A stretch of DNA of 56,140 nt from a virus (lineage: Duplodnaviria; Heunggongvirae; Uroviricota; Caudoviricetes): positions 1 to 56,140 of the IMG/VR virus record IMGVR_UViG_2563366805_000004; one strand, 5' to 3'. The position numbers were made by a program, and so were the translations under genes. Below the pieces are notes generated by a model, which ran no database searches, had not been told where the DNA came from, and saw only the letters and a list, made by a program, of their open reading frames with translations. This document shows, in pieces, positions 1 through 10,250 of the stretch (the first letter of the stretch is position 1; each line of letters begins with the position of its first letter).

Positions 1-1490
1 TCTGCGATGGTTTTGTAGCCAGCCTTGAACGCTTCTGATTTCTCATTAATCTCCTCTGGAAGTTGAATCATGACGAATCTTCGAGACGAACCATCGACGC
101 TATTTGCTGCAATAGTTGCATGTGCGGTAGTCGCCGATCCTGCAAAAAAATCCATCACTATATCGTCGCCTGCCGTGGTCATTTCCACTAGTGCCTGAAT
201 GATCGTTTCATCCTTCGGAAAATCAAAAACATGTGCTTCCATCAACGCATCAAGTCGAATTGATGCACCACGCCCATCTTGATAGAAAACGCTGTAAGCA
301 GCTTCTTTGTTTGCCTCGTGAAGATATACCTTTAATGTTGGCCGTGTCTTTTCGTCTGCACCAAATCGAATACGCTCATCTGCAAGCAACTCCTTCATGC
401 GCTCCGGGGCAAATGACCAGCCATTAGGATGCATATTCACTGGTTTCCCAGTTATTGGATGCAAAATTTCATAGCGCGAGCGCGATGTGGGCTGTGGTTT
501 GCGAAGATCACTTGCAAAATAGATACCTCGCTTGTCAACGTATTGATAGTGTTTATGCCGCTTACTTGGATCGCTATCGGAGAGGCTGCTATACCATTTT
601 CGCAAGCCAACTTCGACAGCCGCATCGTCACCACCAAACTTACGGCGCAACTCCGAATAGGTTTTCTCAATTTCGGTGAGACCCTTTTTCAGAATTTGCC
701 ACGAGGCTCCTCGCTCTTTAAGAGCATTCATACTACGCGCAAAGCAAATGATGTATTCGTGTGACGCCGATATAAAGCGCGAGTCATTCTTTCGTCCAGC
801 AGCCCAAACCATCGTACCTACAAAATTCTCTGCACCGAAAACTTCACTGGCTATACTTTTTAAGTTCTCAAATTCAGCATCATTGATGGAGATAAAGATG
901 GCACCATCTTCTTTTAATAACCCCCTGGCAAGACGAAGCCGTGAATAAATCATTGAGAGCCAATCGGAATGAAAGCGACCATTCGATACTGTGTTAGCCA
1001 CCAACCTATTTCCGTCTTCATCTACTTGATTTGAACGACGCAAGTATTCGTCTGCATCTTCGGCAAAGTCATCCTCGTAAATAAAGTCGTTCCCGGTGTT
1101 GTACGGCGGATCAATGTAGATCAGCTTCACCTTGCCCAGATACGTCTCCTGCAACAGCTTCAGTGCATCAAGGTTGTCTCCCTCAATGAACAGGTTCTTC
1201 GTCGTATCGAAGTCCACACTTTCCTCACGCACCGGGCGCAGTGTCTTGGCAATCGGCGCGTTAGCCGCGAGCAAGGCTTCGCGCTTACCGGGCCAGTTCA
1301 GGTGGTAGCGTTCTTGCGGTCCTTCCACAATCGACTCAGCAAGCTCCTGCCGCAGTTGGTCAAAATCCACCGCCAGTTTCACACTGCCGTCTTCGCCCTT
1401 GGCTTCGGTGATGCAGCCTGGAAACAGATCGCGAATGCGGGCGATGTTGTCCTGCGTGAGATTTGGTGAATGCATTTTTAGCTTTTCCAT
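1..1490 (-). CDS. Type III Mod-like N6-adenine DNA methyltransferase, partial (C-terminus beyond window start)
   Basis: Minus-strand frame opens at ATG 1490 (MEKLKMHSPNLTQDNIARIRDLFPGC) after a GAGGA RBS and has no stop before the window edge, so it is absent from the ORF track. Same frame carries DPPYNTGNDF near 1100 and DFFAGSATTA near 130-158, the motif IV-then-motif I order of beta-class Mod enzymes. Confidence 0.8.
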   Translation of the reverse strand, partial: MEKLKMHSPNLTQDNIARIRDLFPGCITEAKGEDGSVKLAVDFDQLRQELAESIVEGPQERYHLNWPGKREALLAANAPIAKTLRPVREESVDFDTTKNLFIEGDNLDALKLLQETYLGKVKLIYIDPPYNTGNDFIYEDDFAEDADEYLRRSNQVDEDGNRLVANTVSNGRFHSDWLSMIYSRLRLARGLLKEDGAIFISINDAEFENLKSIASEVFGAENFVGTMVWAAGRKNDSRFISASHEYIICFARSMNALKERGASWQILKKGLTEIEKTYSELRRKFGGDDAAVEVGLRKWYSSLSDSDPSKRHKHYQYVDKRGIYFASDLRKPQPTSRSRYEILHPITGKPVNMHPNGWSFAPERMKELLADERIRFGADEKTRPTLKVYLHEANKEAAYSVFYQDGRGASIRLDALMEAHVFDFPKDETIIQALVEMTTAGDDIVMDFFAGSATTAHATIAANSVDGSSRRFVMIQLPEEINEKSEAFKAGYKTIA

Positions 1491-1549
1491 GTTCTTTTCC
1501 TCTGGACGTCGCACTGTTGCGCGGCGTCCTAATTCTTTCTGGGCTGGTT

Positions 1550-2965
1550 TTATTCGGCGTCAGAATTGTTTTGGTGTTTGAGCTCGGCAAATTTGGCAGC
1601 CATCGTTGGGTTGCCGCGCGTGAGTCGCTTGACCGTCAGGTCTTCGGCTTTATCGTTGGCAAGCCGAAGATTGTTGGCGGACTTGTGCAGGGCTTCTTTG
1701 GTCTTTTCAAGGTCCTTGATGGCTTCGTCGATGCGCTTGACCGCTTCTTCAAACCCATCTGAAGCCAAACGCCAGTTGCGACCGAATGCGGTCTTGAAGT
1801 CATCGAGCTGGGTTTCAAATTGGGTGATGTCGATGTTCTGCGCCTTCACCAGCGCCAGCTCGGACTTGTATTGAAGTGACTTCATCGCTGCATTGCGTAG
1901 TAGCGTGATGATGGGGATGAAGAACTGAGGCCGAACGACATACATCTTCGGGTAGCGGTGAAACACATCAACGATCCCAGCGTTGTAAAGTTCACTGTCT
2001 GGCTCCAGCAGGGAAACCAGCACGGCGTATTCGCAACCTTTTTCGGTGCGGTCCTTGTCGAGCTCCTTGAAGAAGTCTTCGTTTTTCTTCTTGGTTGCTG
2101 TTTCGTCGCCTTCGTTCTTCATCTCGAACATGATCGAGACGATCTCGGTGCCTGCATCATCCATGTCCCGGAAGATGTAGTCGCCCTTGCTGCCGGTGCG
2201 AACGTCGTTGTCTTTTTCGAAGTAGGCCATTGGGAATGCGGTGGCTCGGAGACGGTTAAACTCAATCTCGCAATGCTGCTCCAGGGTTTCCCCAATCATC
2301 TTGGTCGACAGCCGTGCCTTCATGTCCCGCAGACGTACAATCTCACCATCGCGATCTTTAAGCTGTGTTTCGTATTTATCTTTGAGTGCAGTCTCGGCAA
2401 GTTGCTTTTCCAATGCTGCTCGCTCTAGTCCGTTCTTGAGTTCGTCACGCTCCTTCGTCACCACGCTGACCGCTTCGGTGAGCGCGAGCTTTTGTGTAAC
2501 TTCGCCCGCTGCAAGCTTGGCCTGCAGACGCTGAATCTCCGCATCCTTGGTGGCCTCGGCTTGCTGTAGCTCACTTAATCGCTTCGCCTCGGCCAGTTGA
2601 GCTTTAGTTTCAATCTCTTGCTTTGCTTTTTCCAGCGCGTTCCTCAGTGCATCGCGATCTTTTTCTACCGCGCTCAGCGCCTCACTGACAGCAAGCTTTT
2701 GCGCCACCTCTCCTGCATCCAGCCTAGCCTTTAATGCCTGGATTTCGGCATCTTTTTCAGAAGCAGCCTTCTGCAATTCGCTGGTAACCTTGGCTTGAGC
2801 CAGCTCGACCGCATTTTGCTTGTCCCTTTCGGCCAGCTCAAGGCGTTCATGTAACTGCTTCTCAAAGTCAGCATCGCGAACCTGTTTCAGAATGTCTGAG
2901 TAACCAGCTTCATCAATCTTGAAAGCCTTGCCGCAATGGGGGCAGATGATTTCATGCATAGTCAT
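1550..2965 (-). CDS. Zn-ribbon plus long coiled-coil protein, DUF2130-like
   Basis: 471-aa ORF with N-terminal CPHCGK zinc-ribbon motif, a long E/K/A/L-rich heptad region and a conserved C-terminal domain; start overlaps the upstream stop by 4 nt (ATGA); GAAGGA RBS. Confidence 0.6.
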   Translation of the reverse strand: MTMHEIICPHCGKAFKIDEAGYSDILKQVRDADFEKQLHERLELAERDKQNAVELAQAKVTSELQKAASEKDAEIQALKARLDAGEVAQKLAVSEALSAVEKDRDALRNALEKAKQEIETKAQLAEAKRLSELQQAEATKDAEIQRLQAKLAAGEVTQKLALTEAVSVVTKERDELKNGLERAALEKQLAETALKDKYETQLKDRDGEIVRLRDMKARLSTKMIGETLEQHCEIEFNRLRATAFPMAYFEKDNDVRTGSKGDYIFRDMDDAGTEIVSIMFEMKNEGDETATKKKNEDFFKELDKDRTEKGCEYAVLVSLLEPDSELYNAGIVDVFHRYPKMYVVRPQFFIPIITLLRNAAMKSLQYKSELALVKAQNIDITQFETQLDDFKTAFGRNWRLASDGFEEAVKRIDEAIKDLEKTKEALHKSANNLRLANDKAEDLTVKRLTRGNPTMAAKFAELKHQNNSDAE

Positions 2966-4842
2966 TTTCCTTCTACCTTGGCCAAAATTTGCTGGAGCAT
3001 CTCTGGCACCGCCCCTGCGGATTTGAGTGTCGCCGTGCGGTATGCGAGTTGGTTCTTCGAGAGACTAATACCTGTGGCAATCTCGATTTCACTGCAAGCA
3101 GCTAGCCACTCAGGCCAGTTGGCTACGAGAAATGATTCCAGATGGTCTTCAAAAATGGCGACTGTGTCGCCTACGACAGCTTCCGGAAAATCTTCTTCAG
3201 CAATACCGAAGTATTTCAGAGCTGTCCGGTTTTCTCGGGCATTTTTTGCAAGTTCTTCATCGATCTTGTTTTGCTGTTTTCCTTTGGCTTTTGCTCGCGC
3301 CGCACATGCTCTGTCAGCATCGAAAAGCGCATAAACCGGGATACCGAGTGCGGACAGGATGGCATGGACAAGAGGAATCGACGTCTTGCCTCCGACTGGG
3401 ACAATGGAAATACCAGCGGCTTCAAGCGCACCATGAGATATTTTGTCGCCTATACCGTGGAACACCGATGACTCGGTGGTACCCTCCACAAGAAAAGCGC
3501 GATGGGCAAAGAGGGCTACAGCCAGTTGCTCTGAAACGATGCCATCTAACTGACGTTCGACAACATCACCATTTACTATCTGGTGCAGCCTGGTCTTCAC
3601 ATCATCAATGGAGGCAAAGTGGATAGTCACAGTCGGAGTCTCTCCAGATGATCGCGTCAATCTCCTGACATGATCAAAATGGCGGGCCTCAAGGAAATAA
3701 GGGCTGTGCGTTGCATAGGTTACTTGGATACACTTGTCGGGGTCTTCAACAAGTGAGCGGAGCACTTTTGCAAACGCCTGTGCCTGAATCGGGTGCTGAA
3801 AGAGCTCAGGTTCTTCAATTGCTAAACAGATGACTCCGTCGGCTGAAGCTGCTCCCGATTGTGCCAAGAGCTGGAGCGCCGAGATCAGAATAGTCCGCTG
3901 AAAACCATGCCCCTGTCGCTCTACCGCTGTTTCGGTTGTACCATCGAGCACGGATACTTCGAACGTGGTCTTGGGGGCTTTGAGCTCTACCTCTGCGGGA
4001 GAAACCGTGACCGCCCGACCGGGTGAGTATGAGCAAACAACCTCGTTAAGCTGCGTCGTCATCACCTTAAGCTGGGCTTGGAATTTCTCTTCGTAGACTT
4101 TCTGCTGCTTTGCTCTGGACTCCTCGACGATTGCCGCAATCTCCTGATCTGCCGCTGCACGATCAACGGAGCGTTCCAGGATGCGTCCGATGATGCTCGA
4201 TTTACCGTCAATGGACTCTTCGCTTGCACGAAGGTCTGCAGTCACCAGCACAAAATCGAAGAGGCCGCTCATCTTGCCGCCGCTGTTGAAACCAAAGAAG
4301 TTGGTTTGCAGCGATTCGGGGGCGTCTACGAGTAACTCTGTATGTGATGCCTCCCAGGTAGTCATTGCCTGGTCAATGGCTGTACCGGTAGTGGCTGTAG
4401 GAAGCTCCAGCTCTGGACGACTAGTTCTGAGATTTGTATAAAGCTCCCTCTTCGCCGCTACGCCATTTGCAGTTTTGATTACGTTGAACTCTGGGAATCC
4501 CTTTGCGTTTGCAGAGAGCACATCGGTGCCGTCAGCTGAACGGCGCTTCCACGCCGTGAATGTAGCTGCGCCCTCTGGAGTGTACTTACCAAGCGCCTCC
4601 CGATCCTTTTCGGTGAGATCTGCGAATGTGACTTGCACCTCGATGTCTTCGCTAGCTTCTCCAAAGGAGCAGTCTTTCTCTGTCAGCGAGCCGGGCTTGC
4701 CGTTGAAGAACCAATCGAGTGCATGTAGCACTGTCGACTTGCCAGCGCCGTTCGGCCCTATGAATGTCGTAACGGAGTCGAAGGGAATCGTGACGTCTTT
4801 GAGTGCCCGGAAGTTTTTGATGCGAACGGATTGAATCTTCAT
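2962..4842 (-). CDS. OLD-family ABC-ATPase / Toprim nuclease
   Basis: 626 aa; N-terminal [14 protein letters not shown]...[11 protein letters not shown] Walker A; C-terminal Toprim signatures FLVEGTTE and a DxD motif (ALFDAD). Confidence 0.8.
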   Translation of the reverse strand: MKIQSVRIKNFRALKDVTIPFDSVTTFIGPNGAGKSTVLHALDWFFNGKPGSLTEKDCSFGEASEDIEVQVTFADLTEKDREALGKYTPEGAATFTAWKRRSADGTDVLSANAKGFPEFNVIKTANGVAAKRELYTNLRTSRPELELPTATTGTAIDQAMTTWEASHTELLVDAPESLQTNFFGFNSGGKMSGLFDFVLVTADLRASEESIDGKSSIIGRILERSVDRAAADQEIAAIVEESRAKQQKVYEEKFQAQLKVMTTQLNEVVCSYSPGRAVTVSPAEVELKAPKTTFEVSVLDGTTETAVERQGHGFQRTILISALQLLAQSGAASADGVICLAIEEPELFQHPIQAQAFAKVLRSLVEDPDKCIQVTYATHSPYFLEARHFDHVRRLTRSSGETPTVTIHFASIDDVKTRLHQIVNGDVVERQLDGIVSEQLAVALFAHRAFLVEGTTESSVFHGIGDKISHGALEAAGISIVPVGGKTSIPLVHAILSALGIPVYALFDADRACAARAKAKGKQQNKIDEELAKNARENRTALKYFGIAEEDFPEAVVGDTVAIFEDHLESFLVANWPEWLAACSEIEIATGISLSKNQLAYRTATLKSAGAVPEMLQQILAKVEGK

Positions 4843-4876
4843 TTCAGTTTTATTCCCTTATACCTGTTGTGATCTA

Positions 4877-5566
4877 TCAATGTTTGAGTTCTTCCAGTTC
4901 TATTTTCAACATTCGCAGTTTGGCGTTGATCTCTACCTTGCGGTTGAATTGTTTTTCTTTGGCAAGTCTGCTGGCTATTTTTTCAACCTCACGTTGCTTG
5001 GCTGCAACCAGTTCGACACGTGCGACCAAATCCGCGAGACTTTCTTGTAGGCGCGCGGGCGTGGAGATCAGGCTGTGAAGCAACTGCTCATACAAGCCGC
5101 CCAAGTCGAGTGCTAAGGGCATGGCGGCGCGCTCACAGTCACTCGGCAACCAGGCTGTTGCAAAGTAGTCACTCAAGACCCAACGGCTGGCGTCTGACTC
5201 ATTGGGGCGTTTGTACGCAGCGATCACCTTTGTTCGGCCATCAAAGCTCAGCTCGAAGATAATGGGAAACTGCACTGCGCCATCGATGCAACGCAAAACG
5301 TCCAGATTCAGCTCCGATGCCTTGAGCTGGATTGAGAAAATCTGAAGCTCTGGTACTCCCAGCCTGGCGGGCAGGTTGATCGTTTCCGGAGCCAACTTGT
5401 ATTGCCAGACGATCTGCTCCACCTGCTCGACGAACAAGTCCTTCAGCCTCGTATTGGCGCCGCTGTGTTCGTAGATCTTATTCTTTGGCAGGGTACGACC
5501 AAAGACAGCCTGCTTCGGATAGTTGATGAACGCGGTATTCGACTCAAATCGCGCAGACTGACTCAT
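4877..5566 (-). CDS. DUF4391-like protein
   Basis: 229-aa ORF, 4-nt overlap with helicase stop; family assignment is from recollection of this domain next to helicase/methyltransferase genes, not verified. Confidence 0.5.
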   Translation of the reverse strand: MSQSARFESNTAFINYPKQAVFGRTLPKNKIYEHSGANTRLKDLFVEQVEQIVWQYKLAPETINLPARLGVPELQIFSIQLKASELNLDVLRCIDGAVQFPIIFELSFDGRTKVIAAYKRPNESDASRWVLSDYFATAWLPSDCERAAMPLALDLGGLYEQLLHSLISTPARLQESLADLVARVELVAAKQREVEKIASRLAKEKQFNRKVEINAKLRMLKIELEELKH

Positions 5567-8500
5567 CCGGCCTCCTGAATCACGAGGAAGGTAATCAGTT
5601 CGAAGTCGTCCAGTCCGACGATAGTATTGACCAACGCGGTGGTCTTTCCGCTGCAGAAGAGGCTGTCCAGATCCTTATCTTCCTTCACCTCGATCATTGA
5701 GCGGATGGCCTTGCCAAGCAGGTCCGAATACATCTGCATCTTGCGGCCATCGGCCGTTTCCTTATTGAACAGGAGACAGGCATCTGTAATAGGCTGGGCT
5801 TGTCCCTTGCAGCAGGTGCGAACCAGATCCAGCAAACGTTTGACTTCGGTGTAATCGTGAATGACTTCCCCCTCGCGATTAATGTAGACGAGGTAATAAG
5901 GGTGCAGGCGGTTGTGCTGACTGACGTTGACGCTTGGATTCCGGTTGCGTAGCGTGAAGATTACACCCGGGCGTAGGCCCATCTCCGGCTTGGCAGGCAC
6001 TACGGCGTGCATCCCGCTTGGCACGTTGCTCATTTCGCCATTGGCCTTCACATAGTTGAGCAAGTCCATTCGGAAGTCATTGAGCCCGAGATCAGTAATC
6101 GACACTCCGGTTTTCAGGTCTTCCAGCTCAATCACTTCCTCTTGCAAACGTCGCAATTGCTCTTTGCGATAAGACACATCGTTGGCTTGGGCGCTCAGCA
6201 CATTGTCGTCACCGGTGGCAGTGACATCGGCAATCATCATTCGGCTTTCAACCCGTTCCTTCAGGTTGATGTATTCGTCGAGCGAGATGTCTGGCCAGTA
6301 GTTAACCAGTTGGATGCTGCTGTTGGGTGAGCCGATGCGATCCACACGGCCGAAGCGCTGGATGATGCGCACGGGATTCCAGTGGATGTCGTAGTTGATG
6401 AGGTAGTCGCAGTCCTGTAGGTTCTGGCCTTCAGAGATACAATCGGTGCCGATCAACACATCTATCTCTGCCTCCTCATTTGGCAGCACGATGGCTTTCT
6501 CCTTCGAGTGCGGCGAGAAGAGGGTGAGCAGTTCCTGGAAGTCATAGCTCTTCTTGAGCGTGCTCTTCGGTGCCCCTTTGCCGGTGACTTTTGCACTGTG
6601 CAAGGTCTGTGTAGCCAGCAATTCCGGAGCCAAATTGGCATACAGATAGTCAGCGGTGTCGGCGAAGGCGGTGAAGATCAGCACCTTCTTGTTGCCAGGA
6701 TTCAGCGGTGCTGCGATCTTTTCCAGAACCAGTGCTTTGAGATGCTGCAGTTTGGCATCATCGGCAGCCGTGATCTTGTTCATCGACGTCAGCAAAGCAT
6801 CAATGATTTCCAGATCGACCTTCAGCTCGTGCTCCCAGGAAGGCAAGTCCATATCGGCGAGGCTGATTTTGACCTTGCCACCGATCTCACTGTCGCCATT
6901 GCTTGGCAGGTCGTCGTCCGCGTCGAGGTTTTCTAACTGGTCGGTCAGGTCATTTATTCTGCTATCAATGCCACTGAGGCCGCCAGTCTCATTGAAAGTG
7001 CTGATCTTGGCCAGCGTATTAGTGTGGTTCGCGCGCAGGGACTTGAGCGTCAAGCGGAAAGACTCAATCGAGCTTTCCAGGCGCTTGAGCAGGTTGGTCG
7101 TCATCAATGCCTGCAAACTCTTTTCACGGTCGATTTGTTTAAGCTTGCCTTTCCCTGCAACCTGAGTGTCATACATCTCCTCGTACTTCTTGAGCCGACT
7201 GGGCAGAATGTAGCTGATCGGGGCATAAACGGCGAGCTTGAGCAAAGACAGCTGCTCGAAGATCTCGTTGAAGCTCATCACATCCGTTCGCTGCGTGAGC
7301 GGACAGTGGAACGACAAGGGTTTGCGGCGCTCGGGGAATTGGCCTATTTCCTTGGTGTCGTAGAAAGTCTGGATATGCTTGCGTGAGCGTGCGATGGTGA
7401 CGCTGTCGAGCAATTCGAAGAAGTCGAAGTCCAACGAGTCCAGGATGGCCCGCGCTGTGCGCTCTTCCGGTGGAAGCTTTGCCCATGCATTGAAGCTGGC
7501 CTGCGCACCACGGAAAATGTCCTCTACCGTCTTGCCGGTACGCAGCTTCTTGCTGAGGTTTTCGGAATCGCCTTCGTAGGCCAGTGCCAGTTGGTTGCGC
7601 AGGTCATTGAAGCGGTTGTTCACCGGGGTGGCCGAAAGCATCAGCACCTTGGTCTTCACGCCTTCCTTGATAACCTTGTTCATCAGCTTCTGGTAGCGGG
7701 TTTCCTTGTCCTTATAGGCGTCATTGTTGCGGAAGTTGTGTGACTCGTCGATGACGACGAGGTCGTAGTTGCCCCAGTTAATGCGATTCAGCGGTGTGCC
7801 AAATGACTCACCGCTCGTACGGCTGAGGTCGGTATGACAAAGTACGTCGTAGTTGAACCGGTCGCGAGCAAATATGTTGGTTTTGAGGTTACGGCTGTAG
7901 TTCAGCCAGTTGTCCGCCAGCTTCTTGGGGCATAACACCAGAACTGACTTGTTGCGCAGTTCGTAATACTTTATCACGGCCAGCGCGGTGAAAGTCTTGC
8001 CCAAGCCCACGCTGTCGGCCAAGATGCACCCGCTGTAGCTCTCAAGTTTGTTAATGATCCCGGTGGCAGCATCTTTCTGGTAATTGAAGAGTTTGTTCCA
8101 GATGAGCGTGTCTTGATAGCCTGTGCGGTCGTTCGGTAGGACATCCTCGTTGATGTCGTCCAGAAACTCATTGAAGATATTGTAGAGCATCAGGAAGTAG
8201 ATGCTCTCGGGCGAGTTTTCCTGGTAGACGGATGCAATGTGGTCGCAGATCTGCTCCGTTACATCCTCCAGCTTCTCAGGATCTTGCCAGATCTGGTTAA
8301 ACAGACTGAGGTAGGTCGCCGTAAACGTCGACTCGTCCATTTTGTTGACGAGGTTTGAGACAGCGTTGCCTTGCTGGTAGCCAAGATCGACGGCGGTAAA
8401 TCCGTGCAGTGGCATGTAGGCAGTCTCTGCGGCGGCGGCCTGAACACAAGCAAACTGCTGCATCGGAGCCTTGCTGCGATTGGACTTGAATGTTGCCTTG

Positions 8501-8844
8501 CGCCGCATCCAGTCCGCGCACTCTTTTGCAATTGCGCGCTGGGTCAGTTTGTTACGCAGCTGAATTTCGAACTCACTCCCGTACAAGCTCCGTTCGCGGT
8601 CAGCCTTCGGTATGTGAAATTCTCTGCGTTCCTTGCGAATCTTGTCGGTAACCTCGTTAGCGGTAAACGTCGGTGAGGTAAAGATGAATTGCAGCTCGTC
8701 GATTTTTTCCAGCTCTGCTTTGAGCGCTTCGAACGCGTACATCGAAAAGCAGGAGGCGGCGATCTTCAGGCGAGCACTAGGTTTGAGCGTCTGCTTTAGG
8801 TCGTCTCCGAGCAGGTGGTTGATATTGTCGATCAGTTCCATCAA
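5563..8844 (-). CDS. SNF2-family (SF2) helicase/translocase with ~250-aa N-terminal extension
   Basis: 1093 aa; motif I LADSVGLGKTFTA, motif II VVIDESHNFRN, motif III LMLSATPVNN, motif VI QRFGRVDRIGS; no recognisable nuclease motif seen by eye. Confidence 0.85.
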   Translation of the reverse strand: MMELIDNINHLLGDDLKQTLKPSARLKIAASCFSMYAFEALKAELEKIDELQFIFTSPTFTANEVTDKIRKERREFHIPKADRERSLYGSEFEIQLRNKLTQRAIAKECADWMRRKATFKSNRSKAPMQQFACVQAAAAETAYMPLHGFTAVDLGYQQGNAVSNLVNKMDESTFTATYLSLFNQIWQDPEKLEDVTEQICDHIASVYQENSPESIYFLMLYNIFNEFLDDINEDVLPNDRTGYQDTLIWNKLFNYQKDAATGIINKLESYSGCILADSVGLGKTFTALAVIKYYELRNKSVLVLCPKKLADNWLNYSRNLKTNIFARDRFNYDVLCHTDLSRTSGESFGTPLNRINWGNYDLVVIDESHNFRNNDAYKDKETRYQKLMNKVIKEGVKTKVLMLSATPVNNRFNDLRNQLALAYEGDSENLSKKLRTGKTVEDIFRGAQASFNAWAKLPPEERTARAILDSLDFDFFELLDSVTIARSRKHIQTFYDTKEIGQFPERRKPLSFHCPLTQRTDVMSFNEIFEQLSLLKLAVYAPISYILPSRLKKYEEMYDTQVAGKGKLKQIDREKSLQALMTTNLLKRLESSIESFRLTLKSLRANHTNTLAKISTFNETGGLSGIDSRINDLTDQLENLDADDDLPSNGDSEIGGKVKISLADMDLPSWEHELKVDLEIIDALLTSMNKITAADDAKLQHLKALVLEKIAAPLNPGNKKVLIFTAFADTADYLYANLAPELLATQTLHSAKVTGKGAPKSTLKKSYDFQELLTLFSPHSKEKAIVLPNEEAEIDVLIGTDCISEGQNLQDCDYLINYDIHWNPVRIIQRFGRVDRIGSPNSSIQLVNYWPDISLDEYINLKERVESRMMIADVTATGDDNVLSAQANDVSYRKEQLRRLQEEVIELEDLKTGVSITDLGLNDFRMDLLNYVKANGEMSNVPSGMHAVVPAKPEMGLRPGVIFTLRNRNPSVNVSQHNRLHPYYLVYINREGEVIHDYTEVKRLLDLVRTCCKGQAQPITDACLLFNKETADGRKMQMYSDLLGKAIRSMIEVKEDKDLDSLFCSGKTTALVNTIVGLDDFELITFLVIQEAG

Positions 8845-9746
8845 GAGTCAGCCTTTGTAGCGGCGCTATAGCCTGGTGCCAGTAAGGCGTTTTTCACGCC
8901 GTAAATCGCGAGATGATCTTTGAGCCATAAACGGTACTCCGGTCCATTTAGGCAATGATCGGGTGAGCAGTCAACCCGCCAGCGCTGCAACATATAGCCC
9001 ACTACAGCCGCGCGAACGCGCATCCTAATCGAGCCATCGGCCATCCCGTAGTCCATCTTGATGATCTCGGGGCGTTCAATGCGCGGGTGCGGCACGAAAT
9101 CCAACTCGACGATGCGCGTCCACTGGATATCATTATCCGGTCGTTCGTTGGCCTGTGGAACCTCTTCAAGCAATGTTGGCGCTTCGATGCGGGTGACGAC
9201 GAAATCCCGAAACTCTCCACTTTTGCGATCAAAGGCCCGGGCGTGCCAGCGCAGGCCGGTATCTACCAAAGCAAAGGGCACAATGACCCGTTCGGACTTG
9301 CCGCTGCTCATCGAGTGGTAGCGGATGGCGACGGGGCGCTTGGAGTGGATGGCTCGACAAATCACGGCCAACACATCCATCTTGGGTATGCTCAGGACTG
9401 TGGGGGATTCACAGGGTAGCAACGCCTGCATTGGGCCATTCACGCCATCGCCAAAGCCCAGAGCCAGCGCCGACAGAACACGCTGCGATGCGTGCTCGAA
9501 TAACGGAGAGAACGCCTGCCCGATACGATAGATCTTGTCGCTACCATCAAAGGTGATGTTATTCGGAGCGATTTCCCGGTACAAAGCCAAATCGCGAGTC
9601 GCTCCTGCTGGAGCAACGCCAAAGCGCTCAATCAAATCTGGGCGACCGATCTCACCGAAGAAGTAAAGCCGAAAATCGATGTAGGCCAGCCGTTCGCGCT
9701 GGACCTGGCTCAAGTCGTCAAGCCGCTTACAAGGGGGACTAGGCAT
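8841..9746 (-). CDS. WYL-domain transcriptional regulator, BrxR/CapW-like
   Basis: 301 aa; N-terminal wHTH signature ERLAYIDFRLYFFGEIGRPDLIERFGVAPAGATRDLALYREIAP; stop overlaps helicase start (ATGA); first gene of the co-directional operon. Confidence 0.8.
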   Translation of the reverse strand: MPSPPCKRLDDLSQVQRERLAYIDFRLYFFGEIGRPDLIERFGVAPAGATRDLALYREIAPNNITFDGSDKIYRIGQAFSPLFEHASQRVLSALALGFGDGVNGPMQALLPCESPTVLSIPKMDVLAVICRAIHSKRPVAIRYHSMSSGKSERVIVPFALVDTGLRWHARAFDRKSGEFRDFVVTRIEAPTLLEEVPQANERPDNDIQWTRIVELDFVPHPRIERPEIIKMDYGMADGSIRMRVRAAVVGYMLQRWRVDCSPDHCLNGPEYRLWLKDHLAIYGVKNALLAPGYSAATKADS

Positions 9747-10090
9747 GAATCATCACTATAGGGAAAAATTAAAATTTAATACGGTAATCAATAAAGTGCC
9801 ATGATTATAATCAAATTGATGATAATCGACATTAATATTTATGTAAAAGCAAGAGATGACGTTTCAAACGTAGACAGTCATCGTATTAGCCGATGTTTCT
9901 ACAACGTTAGATTAATGCCTAACAACTATAAAACCTTACTGCCCAATGCCCTATCGCCCCTCGGACAATTTGTCCTTACCCACTGATCTGGCTTGAGGAT
10001 GAGGGGGACAGAATAACCTAACGACTTAGTAGCCGGGATCACCGGCGGAAGGGGTCTAACACCTACCTTAACTCAAATTAATTTCAGTTA

Positions 10091-10250
10091 TATATCATCC
10101 CTCTGAACATATCCGATTAACGGCGGAATCTCTCGATCCTGCCGTTTTTGTATTATTTTTCAGAGGAGTAGTAATGAACAATTCTGAAGGTTTGAAGCCA
10201 TTTCAGCAGTCGCTTGATGGTCTGCCACAATGGGTCTCAGAACGAGTCAT
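10091..10250 (+). repeat. Copy A of ~160-bp direct repeat (5' leader plus first codons of yfjP-type GTPase gene)
   Basis: About 80% identical by eye to 17285-17445; contains a hairpin followed by a T-run just upstream of a GAGGAG RBS. Confidence 0.6.

Noticed and set aside
5563-6300. PLD-type HxK(x)4D nuclease motif in the helicase N-terminal domain
   Set aside because: The only candidate (FHIPKAD) does not fit the motif spacing; no nuclease assignment made.
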